Shown: piece by piece, positions 1-7,110 of the stretch
Position numbering within the stretch: position 1 is the first letter of the stretch
Layout of the letters: every line of letters starts with the position of its first letter
Assembly: GCA_038208905.1 (NCBI GenBank)
Contig: JBBQYG010000139.1
Coordinates: 1 to 10,990 of the forward strand
DNA length: 10,990 bases
DNA from: Candidatus Sumerlaeia bacterium
GTDB lineage: Bacteria; Sumerlaeota; Sumerlaeia; SLMS01
Reading direction: 5' to 3'
Notes under the pieces: model-generated
Seen by the model: the letters and a program-made list of their open reading frames with translations, nothing else
Told to the model about the DNA's origin: nothing
The model's database searches: none
Position numbers and translations under genes: made by a program

Positions 1-990
1 ACCCCTCGGCAGACGATCTGGAGAATGCCGCTCGCGCGGCAGCCCGGATTCCGCCCCCTGCCGTCAACGGCTCCATCGCCATCCTCACACCCGAGCGCGC
101 TGCAGCAACGGCTGATAGCGGCAATTCCACAAAGGCAGCAATCCGATCTATGACTTCCTGCAACTCGGGATACGGCAATAGGAAAAGCGACTTTCGACAG
201 AAGCTATTCCATTGCTCCTTCTTCCCTGAAATATTGACAAATCTTGAAGTCAGGCCTGCTGGTGCTACCAATGGAATATCGGTCTTTCTACGGGAAAACG
301 TCGCGCGAAAGGCCAGCACGAGGTCGTCGAGCCGAAACTCGCGGTGCTTGCTAAATAGCCAAATATCGAAATAATCCTTCAGCCTGCTGTTGATCTCGCC
401 CAACCTGCAAATCGCATGAAACTTCTCGGAGATGCTGGTCTCCATGCTGTAGGCGCGAACTCGCGGGCGAGGGAAATTCAGCAGAGACGGAAAGTCATCG
501 AAACCACATTCACCGGCAGCGTCTCCAATACCGATATCAGCTTGGAATCTGATCTTGGTCTTCGGGGGAAGCATCGCGACCATCGAAACCTTTATGCCGC
601 CGTAGGGATCGGCGGCGCGAGTTGTCTCCAACTTCATGTCCCTCGCATGGAAAAAAAGCCCATCTTCTATCCTCTCCACGGCGCAGATCTCGATGAACAT
701 TGCCTTGATTAGCTCGGGCGCCATGTCCCCCTCACCCAAAAAGTCAACGTCGCTGGTGGAGCGAAACTTCTCTAGATTCCACAACGGAAAGAGCATTCCT
801 CCCTTGAGAATCAGGCATTTCTGTGGCGCGATATCGCTAGGCGCCCAAGGAAGCCTTCGATGACATATCGTCGATGAAGACTCCCCGAGCTTACACCACT
901 GGACTCCTTTCCCCCCGACGAGGGATCCCGCAGCCTATTCAGGCGCGCGAGTATCGAAGTGCTGCGGTTTCGAGAATCGGGAGGGATCAT
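1..990 (-). pseudogene. abiEii: AbiEii/AbiGii-family nucleotidyltransferase toxin (type IV TA), split by a one-base frameshift near 811-825; 3' end lies beyond the window start
   Basis: Manual translation. ATG 990-988 overlaps the antitoxin stop (ATGA). Frame 0 reads MIPPDSRNRSTSILARLNRLR...RYVIEGFLGRLAISRHRNA then TGA (813-811). The -1 frame continues LILKGGMLFPLWNLEKFRSTSDVDFLG...DGLFF...DPYGGIKV...QADIGIGDA...FPSLL...AYSMETSISEKFHAICRLGEINSRLKDYFDIW...TFSRRKT...KEQWNSF and has no stop down to base 1. KGG, RxTxDxD, EK and RxKDxxD are AbiEii hallmarks. Pseudogene, recoding and sequence error cannot be told apart here. Confidence 0.85.
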
Positions 991-1586
991 CGCAGCATCT
1001 CCAAGTAGGGCCTCATGACGTTGCGGACACGGCAGGCTTCTGATTCGCGAAGCAGATCGTCCATTCGGACCACACGCCTCCGCCATGCGTCCTGAAGTGC
1101 TTCTGTCGCGACGTCGATGCCCACTTGGTTCCGAAACTTGAAGCAGTCGGCGACTGTCTTGGCGATCGAATAGATTCGGACCCGGACGCCATCGACGAGA
1201 TGTACTTCGATGCCCGCTGAGAAGGCCCGACCAGACATCCGGACCACTCGCACCATCGGACTGCCAGACTTGACCGGGCCCTTGTGCGCCAGCGCAAGCC
1301 ACACAAGTGGTGAATTCTGTGTTGTGAGTTCGTGGAAGCTCAGCGCGCTCAGGAGGCAAACCACCCCGCCGGGAAGCCGCCGACTTACCTCCGCCAAGGA
1401 TATATGTTCGGACATCGGAAAGTCCGCTCGTTGGTAGAGCCCTCTGCCAACACGCACAAGACTTCCCTCAGCGACCAAATCCCGGATCGCAACACTCGCC
1501 TTGTTGCTTTCGAGAATGTCCTTTGGCATGAAGACTCCGTGCGCCTCCGCCATGGAAAGGATTCGCTTCTTGAGGGCCTGCGGCAT
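987..1586 (-). CDS. abiEi: AbiEi-family type IV antitoxin / transcriptional autoregulator (N-terminal winged helix), 199 aa
   Basis: Family-typical segments LVRVGRGLY, GVVCLLSALSFHELTTQ, VRIYSIAKTVADCFKFRNQVGIDVATEAL and CRVRNVMRPYLE; lies directly upstream of, and overlaps by 4 nt, an AbiEii-like frame. Confidence 0.92.
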   Translation of the reverse strand: MPQALKKRILSMAEAHGVFMPKDILESNKASVAIRDLVAEGSLVRVGRGLYQRADFPMSEHISLAEVSRRLPGGVVCLLSALSFHELTTQNSPLVWLALAHKGPVKSGSPMVRVVRMSGRAFSAGIEVHLVDGVRVRIYSIAKTVADCFKFRNQVGIDVATEALQDAWRRRVVRMDDLLRESEACRVRNVMRPYLEMLR

Positions 1587-1595
1587 GAGATAACC

Positions 1596-1623
1596 AATAT
1601 ACCTTTCTTGGGCATAGTATATT
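1596..1623. promoter_or_regulatory. Candidate AbiEi operator (inverted repeat overlapping the -10 box and predicted start site)
   Basis: AATATAC (1596-1602), N14, GTATATT (1617-1623) form a perfect 7-bp inverted repeat, with scattered further matches outward. AbiEi-family antitoxins are known to autorepress via inverted repeats over their promoter. Confidence 0.5.
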
Positions 1624-1644
1624 CATCAACGGGGCCAATGTCAA
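1616..1644 (-). promoter_or_regulatory. sigma70-type promoter of the abiE operon
   Basis: Minus strand reads TTGACA (1644-1639), a 17-nt spacer, then TATACT (1621-1616): a perfect -35 and a 5/6 -10, about 30 nt upstream of the antitoxin ATG. Confidence 0.8.
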
Positions 1645-1810
1645 CCGATCAGGGAGATATCCATCCGTGTGTCATCTCGAAACCGTTGACGAGTTGCAAC
1701 ATGTGGAGCGTCGAAGGTCCACTGTCTTTTTTTCTTGCCGTTGTTCGGCGCCGGTGGAGACCTTTCGCGGCGATCATGTCTCCCATTCTCCCACGCTCCG
1801 GTTCTCCATC

Positions 1811-2878
1811 ATGATCAAGCCTTTCCGTTCGACTGCCGAAACTCCGAAGACTCCCCGCAAGCCACGCATCCCGCAGGACGCCGAGGGTTGGTGCCGGGAG
1901 GCCGCGGCTGCGCAGGATCAGGGCGATTGGACGCGCGCGGTGGTGTGCTATCGCCGGGCCCTTCAGCAGGCGCCGCTGTGCAGTGAAATTCGCACGGCTT
2001 TCGAGTATGCGATCGAGCAGCAGATCTATGACGCACAGCCAGATCTCGCCAATGCGTCGGCTCCCCCGATACGGGCTCCCCAGCGGGAGGAGTTGGAGCC
2101 GGAGGATGAGGACGACTTCGAGCCGCCTGCTCGCGCCACGGCGCCGAAGCGCGGCCCGGCGCCAATCGTGATGCACCGGCCGCGCGCAGGGGGCGGGTTT
2201 CCGGCGCGCCGGATGGCGATGGCCGCGGCGCTGGTCGGCGGGATGGTGCTGACGGCGGGTGGCCTGTATGGCGCGGTCGCCGCGGTCACGTGGATCAAGG
2301 GGGCGATGAGCAGCGGCCTCCCCACGATCGCCGAGGTGAAGCTGCCGGAGGATCTCAACAAGTCGCTCGTTCGCGCGAATGCGGAGTTGGCGTCGGGCAA
2401 TCCCGCCGATGCCACGAAGACGCTGCAGGTCGCGCTTAATAGCTTTCCCGACTACGAGAAGCAGATCGCGCCGGCGCTGGCGCAGGCGCTCCGGGTGCGG
2501 GGCGCGGGCGAGATGCGGGACCGCCGCTATGACTCAGCCGCGGGTTTTTTCAATGATGCGGCGGAGGCGGATCCCTCCAACGAGCAGAACTGGATCGACC
2601 TTGGCCGGGCCAAGCGGGACCAGGCCCGCTCGCCCGCCGCCGCCAAGGATACAGCGCGTCAGCGGGCGCTGCTCGGCGAGTCGGAGAACGCATTCTCGCG
2701 CGCGCTGGCGATCAAGCCCGGCGACACGGCGGCGCTGTATGGCCTGGCCCAGGTCTATGACGCGCGCAACAACCGCAAGCTCGCCTCCGAGACCTATGAG
2801 AAGCTTGTAGCGCTGGCGCCGTCGTCGGCGGAAGGCCAGCTTGCTCGCACGGCGCTGGCGCAGCTCAAGAAGAAGTAA
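1811..2878 (+). CDS. Single-pass membrane tetratricopeptide repeat (TPR) protein, about 355 aa
   Basis: TPR-like units (GDWTRAVVCYRRALQQAP; RRYDSAAGFFNDAAEADPSNEQNWIDLG; AFSRALAIKPGDTAALYGLAQVY; LASETYEKLVALAP) and a hydrophobic segment MAMAAALVGGMVLTAGGLYGAVAAVTWI. Start placed at ATG 1811 because the track's extension from 1667 is compositionally unlike the rest; start uncertain. Confidence 0.8.
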   Translation: MIKPFRSTAETPKTPRKPRIPQDAEGWCREAAAAQDQGDWTRAVVCYRRALQQAPLCSEIRTAFEYAIEQQIYDAQPDLANASAPPIRAPQREELEPEDEDDFEPPARATAPKRGPAPIVMHRPRAGGGFPARRMAMAAALVGGMVLTAGGLYGAVAAVTWIKGAMSSGLPTIAEVKLPEDLNKSLVRANAELASGNPADATKTLQVALNSFPDYEKQIAPALAQALRVRGAGEMRDRRYDSAAGFFNDAAEADPSNEQNWIDLGRAKRDQARSPAAAKDTARQRALLGESENAFSRALAIKPGDTAALYGLAQVYDARNNRKLASETYEKLVALAPSSAEGQLARTALAQLKKK

Positions 2879-3008
2879 TTCGATCCCCGCGTCCGCCCAC
2901 TGATCCCCCCGCAAGTCTTTTTAGCCGTGTGTTTCGTCCTTGCTCTGTCGCCGCGATGGTGTCCACGCTCCCGATTCCTTGTCTGGAATCCGCAACGGAG
3001 CCGCGCCG

Positions 3009-3740
3009 GTGGCCAAGAAACCTCTCGCCGAAGATAGCACCTCCTCATTCCCCGCACGTGCCCGTGGACGCGGGGTCCACATCGCGCCGTCGATTCTTTC
3101 CGCGAATTTCGCCGACATGCGCAGCTCGCTGGTCGCCATGCGCCAAGCCGGTTGCCGTTGGACCCACATCGACGTCATGGACGGGCACTTCGTTCCCAAC
3201 CTCACGTTCGGCCCCGGCTTCGTGGAGGCAATCCGCGCAGTGGGGAAGGACTTTTACTTCGACGTGCATCTGATGATCACCAACCCGCGCGACTTTGTGA
3301 AGCCCTTCGCCGCGGCGGGCGCCCAGTGCATCACCTTCCATCAGGAGGCGGCCGGCGACGACAGTACCAACCTCCTTCGCTACATCAGGCGCCAGGGATT
3401 GCAGGCCGGTATCTCCATCCGCCCGCGCACGCCGGTCTCGGCGCTGACGCCTCATCTGACCCACGCGGATCTGGTGCTGGTGATGACGGTGGAGCCCGGC
3501 TATGGCGGACAGAAGCTGATCCCGGGAACGCTGAACAAGGTGCGCGAGCTGGCGCTCCTGCGCGAGGAACATGCGCTCTCCTTCCTCATTCAGGTCGATG
3601 GCGGCATCGGCCCCGAAACCGCGCAGCTCGCCGTCGCCGCCGGTAGCGACGTGCTGGTCGCTGGCTCCGCTGTGTTTCGCGGCGGCAAGGTGAAGGAAAA
3701 CGTGAAGGCGATCAGGAAGAGCATTTCGGAGATGAGGTAG
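3009..3740 (+). CDS. rpe: Ribulose-phosphate 3-epimerase
   Basis: Motifs IAPSILSANF, HIDVMDGHFVPNLTFG, DVHLM, LVMTVEPGYGGQK, IQVDGGI and LVAGSAVF, with metal ligands intact. Likely start GTG 3009, with GGAG 8 nt upstream; start uncertain. Confidence 0.96.
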   Translation: MAKKPLAEDSTSSFPARARGRGVHIAPSILSANFADMRSSLVAMRQAGCRWTHIDVMDGHFVPNLTFGPGFVEAIRAVGKDFYFDVHLMITNPRDFVKPFAAAGAQCITFHQEAAGDDSTNLLRYIRRQGLQAGISIRPRTPVSALTPHLTHADLVLVMTVEPGYGGQKLIPGTLNKVRELALLREEHALSFLIQVDGGIGPETAQLAVAAGSDVLVAGSAVFRGGKVKENVKAIRKSISEMR

Positions 3741-3863
3741 AAAGGCAGGGAACAGCAGGGAAAGGCAGGGGAAAAATAGGAAACGGCGGGGCTGGCTTTG
3801 GCTCGCAGTCTTGCCCTGTCGTTCCCTTTTTTTGGCTGCTGTTCCCTGCCGTTGCCCGCCTTG
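3741..3863. repeat. Two inverted arrays of degenerate 10-bp units filling the convergent rpe/RND spacer; possible bidirectional terminator or REP-like element
   Basis: Plus strand 3741-3790: aaaggcaggg aacagcaggg aaaggcaggg gaaaaatagg aaacggcggg. Minus strand from 3863: caaggcgggc aacggcaggg aacagcagcc aaaaaaaggg aacgacaggg. Includes an exact 15-bp inverted repeat, 3744-3758 with 3836-3850. Confidence 0.75.
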
Positions 3864-6800
3864 TCAATCCTCTTCCAGTTTGTGGATCAGTTCGTTGCTG
3901 GCGCGGCCGACGCGGGTGTGGCCTATCCAAGCGACCAGATCATAGAGCAGCGACATCACCGACGGGATGAAGAAGATCGTGGTGATCGTTCCCAGCAGCA
4001 GTCCGCCGAAGGTCACGACGCCGAGCCCGCGATAGAGTTCCGATCCGGCGCCGGGGAGGAACACGAGCGGCGCCAGGCCGAAAATCGTGGTTCCCGTGGT
4101 CATCATGATCGGGCGAATGCGCGACATGGTGGAGGCGATGATCGCCTCGCGGGTTTCCATGCCCTCCTTCATGAAGTTCAGCGCCTGCTCCACGATGAGG
4201 ATCGGGTTGTTCACGATGCTGCCCAGCAGGATCACGAAGCCGAGCATGGTGAGCACATCCAGGGACTGGATCTGGCCCTTGGTGGTCAGGGCAAGGTACC
4301 AGTTGAGGAACGCGAGCCCGATCACGCCGCCCGAAATGCCGATGGGCACGCTGAGCAGGATCGTAAACGGATGGCCCCAAGCGCGAAAGATCAGCACCAG
4401 CACCAGATAGACGAGCACGATCGCGAGGAGGAAGTCGCCGCTGAGCGCCTCCCGGATGGCCTTGAGCTTGTCGCTTGAGCCGCCGATGCGGAGCGAATAG
4501 CCCGGCGGCACCTTGTCTTCCTTCTGGAGCGCATCGACGATATTGGTCTGGATCAGGCCGATGGCCTCCTCCAGCGATGTGTCGGCGGGTGGAGTAATGG
4601 TCAGCGTCACGGCGCGCTGCTCGTCCACGCGGCGTATCTTTTCCGGCACGAAGTCGAAGGAGATGTCGACGACATCGGACAGCGGCACGCTGCGCCCGTC
4701 GGCGGCGGAAATGCGGACGGTATCGAAGCTGGAAATGGTGTCGAAGGCGCCCATCGTCGAGTACATGTACAGGTCGCGCTTCTTGCCGTCCTCATAGTAA
4801 TCGTCCACATAGGCGCCATCGCCAAGCACCCAGGCGCCATAGCCGATGGCCGACGCGGAAATCCCGAGTTCCGCCGCGCGATCCCACTTGGGGCGGACGG
4901 TAAGCTGGGGCTGGCCGACCTCGACGCCGGGGTCGGGACGCGGGGGCGCGTGAAAGGTCTCGATGGATTTCATGAAGGCGCCGAATGCGAGGCCGGTGGC
5001 CTTCTGCATGTCGGGGCCGATGATGTCCAGTTCGATGCCGCGGCTGCCGGAAAGTCCGGGGTCGAAGATGGACTGCTGCTGAGATATGGCGATGATGCCC
5101 GGGATCTTGCCCATCTCGCGCAGGAGCAACGGGGGCACGCGGGAACCCATCGCATCGTCCTTGGCGCGGGTGAACAGGAACATGCCGGCGGGGAATGCCA
5201 CAAAGAAGAAGTCGCGGATCGGCGGGCCGTCGAGCTTGCCCGACTCGTAGTCCTCGAGCGTTCCCTCCACATAGGGACGCATCCGGTTTTCCAGCTCGCG
5301 ACCAATGCCCGACATCTCCTGAAGGCCATAGCCCTGGGGCGGGATCATGAAGGCAAAGATCGAGTTCTGGTTACCCTCCGGCAGGTACTCCGTCTTGGGA
5401 AGGAAAAGGACGAAGAGGGCGATGCACATCGCCACCATCGCGCCGACGAGCACAAGGCGGCGGATGAGCCCCCCCATGACGAACCGGAGCGCCGAGTCGA
5501 TTCCGAAGTACAGGCGACGCGACGCCGCCATGATGCCAAAGAGCTGGTGCTTGCCCGTTTCGCCCGGCGTGTTCCCGTGGGCCACATGGCGCAGCAACCG
5601 CGCCGCGCAGCACGGGATCACCAGCACCGCCACCACGAAGGAGAAAAGGTTGGTGGAGGTGATCGCGATGGCCAGATCGCGGAAGAGCTGGCCAGCCTGC
5701 TCCTGCAGGTTGATGATCGGAAGGAACACCACCACGTTGGTGACCGTGGCGGAGAAGATCGCCGTCCAGACTTCGCTGATCCCGTGTTCGGCGGCGGTAT
5801 AGGAATCCTTGCCCATTTCCTTGTGGCGGAAGATATTCTCCAGCACCACGATGGAATTGTCGAGCACGGAGCCGATGGAGAACGCGAGGCCAGCGAGCGT
5901 GATGACGTTGATGCTGCGGCCCATGAGGCTGATGAAGAAAAGACTGCCCAGGAGGCAGAGTGGCACCGCCAGGCCCACGACCAGCGTGGAGCGAAGGTGC
6001 TGTAGGAACAGCATCAGCGTGATTAGCGCCAGAATGCCACCCGTGAGCATGTTGTTGCGCACCATCGCCACCGCGGAACCCACGTATTCCGTGTCGTCGG
6101 TGACCTGCGTCATGAACATCCCCTTATCCTTGAGGACGCCATCGTTGAACTCCTTCATGCGCGCGCGCACCTGCTCCATCACGACAAGCAGGTTGGTGCC
6201 CGGCTGATGCCTGACACCCATGGCGAGGGCCTGGCGCCCGTTGTGGCGGATTACGGAGTTCTTCTCCCCCACGCCCATGCGCGCATAGGCCACGTCGCGC
6301 ACGTGGATCGGCGTTCCGTCGCGCACGGTGATGATGATGTTCTCGATGTCCTGGGAGCTGCGGGCGCGGCCTGTCGTGCGGACGTTGTAGCGGCGCTTTC
6401 CCTCCTCCAGGTCGCCGCCGGGAACGTCGCGGTTGTTGTCGCGGATCGCCTCGCGAATCTGGAAGATCGTCAGGCCGCGCTCGGCCACCTTGGCGGGGTC
6501 CATAAAGACCTGCATCTGGCGCGAGGAACCGCCATAGACACCTTGGACGCTGGCGACTCCGGGGATGCGCTCGAAGCCCGTCTTGATGGTATCGTTGACG
6601 AAGTCGAATTCCTGGGCCACATCGATGTCGGCCTCCTGCCCGGGGCGGGCGCGGACGCTGAACCACGCGACGGGCTGGTCGGAGGAGCCGGTGGTGGAGA
6701 GCGACGGCTCGTCCACGTTCTCTGGGTAGGAAGGGACCTGGGCCAGCGCGTTGCTGACGCGGATCAGCGCCTCGTTGAGCTCGAAGCCCACGGGGAAATC

Positions 6801-7073
6801 CAGCTCGATCACCGCCATGCCCAGCTCCGCCGTGCTGGTCATCTTCTTGAGGCCCGGGACGCTGCGGAGGAACTCCTCCTGCTTCACGAGGATGTCCTGC
6901 TCCACGTCCTGCGGCGTGGCGCCGGGATAGATCGTGGTAACCGAGATCGTCGGTTCCTGCACGTTGGGCGTAAGCTGGATCGGCAGCTGGAAAATCGCCA
7001 AAACGCCGAACAGCACGATCCCAATGCAGAGCACCGATACGGCGATGCCATTGTGGATGAAGTATTTGATCAT
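3864..7073 (-). CDS. RND efflux transporter permease subunit (AcrB/AcrD/AcrF family), 1069 aa
   Basis: Length and RND topology; N-terminal LPIQLTPNVQEPTISVTTIYPGATPQDVEQ; TM4 IGSVLDNSIVVLENI; TM10 GSIVNNPILIVE; TM11 SRIRPIMMTT; GAGSELYRGLGVVTFGGL. Confidence 0.95.
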   Translation of the reverse strand: MIKYFIHNGIAVSVLCIGIVLFGVLAIFQLPIQLTPNVQEPTISVTTIYPGATPQDVEQDILVKQEEFLRSVPGLKKMTSTAELGMAVIELDFPVGFELNEALIRVSNALAQVPSYPENVDEPSLSTTGSSDQPVAWFSVRARPGQEADIDVAQEFDFVNDTIKTGFERIPGVASVQGVYGGSSRQMQVFMDPAKVAERGLTIFQIREAIRDNNRDVPGGDLEEGKRRYNVRTTGRARSSQDIENIIITVRDGTPIHVRDVAYARMGVGEKNSVIRHNGRQALAMGVRHQPGTNLLVVMEQVRARMKEFNDGVLKDKGMFMTQVTDDTEYVGSAVAMVRNNMLTGGILALITLMLFLQHLRSTLVVGLAVPLCLLGSLFFISLMGRSINVITLAGLAFSIGSVLDNSIVVLENIFRHKEMGKDSYTAAEHGISEVWTAIFSATVTNVVVFLPIINLQEQAGQLFRDLAIAITSTNLFSFVVAVLVIPCCAARLLRHVAHGNTPGETGKHQLFGIMAASRRLYFGIDSALRFVMGGLIRRLVLVGAMVAMCIALFVLFLPKTEYLPEGNQNSIFAFMIPPQGYGLQEMSGIGRELENRMRPYVEGTLEDYESGKLDGPPIRDFFFVAFPAGMFLFTRAKDDAMGSRVPPLLLREMGKIPGIIAISQQQSIFDPGLSGSRGIELDIIGPDMQKATGLAFGAFMKSIETFHAPPRPDPGVEVGQPQLTVRPKWDRAAELGISASAIGYGAWVLGDGAYVDDYYEDGKKRDLYMYSTMGAFDTISSFDTVRISAADGRSVPLSDVVDISFDFVPEKIRRVDEQRAVTLTITPPADTSLEEAIGLIQTNIVDALQKEDKVPPGYSLRIGGSSDKLKAIREALSGDFLLAIVLVYLVLVLIFRAWGHPFTILLSVPIGISGGVIGLAFLNWYLALTTKGQIQSLDVLTMLGFVILLGSIVNNPILIVEQALNFMKEGMETREAIIASTMSRIRPIMMTTGTTIFGLAPLVFLPGAGSELYRGLGVVTFGGLLLGTITTIFFIPSVMSLLYDLVAWIGHTRVGRASNELIHKLEED

Positions 7074-7110
7074 GGATGTGTCGCTGGAGGGATGGGAGGA
7101 GGTGCTTGGC

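Noticed and set aside
811..813. TGA as selenocysteine, readthrough or an alternative genetic code
   Set aside because: In-frame readthrough gives FSREECSFRC, not the conserved ILKGG, which is in the -1 frame. TGA also ends other genes here normally (987, 3864, 10307).
150..863. Short plus-strand ORFs 150-374, 416-712 and 636-863
   Set aside because: They are antisense to the motif-bearing AbiEii frame and have no independent support.
991..1359. Upstream part of the 182-aa minus ORF 811-1359
   Set aside because: It overlaps the antitoxin out of frame. Only the last 59 codons, from ATG 990, resemble AbiEii.
1667..1810. N-terminal extension of the TPR ORF, and a hairpin plus T-run at 1703-1733 as a terminator
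   Set aside because: The extension looks non-coding. The stem is only 5 bp (GTGGA/TCCAC) with a long loop, and no plus-strand gene ends upstream of it.
3741..3863. CRISPR array or MITE interpretation of the repeats
   Set aside because: Units are 10 bp, degenerate and abutting, with no unique spacers, no cas genes and no evident target-site duplication.
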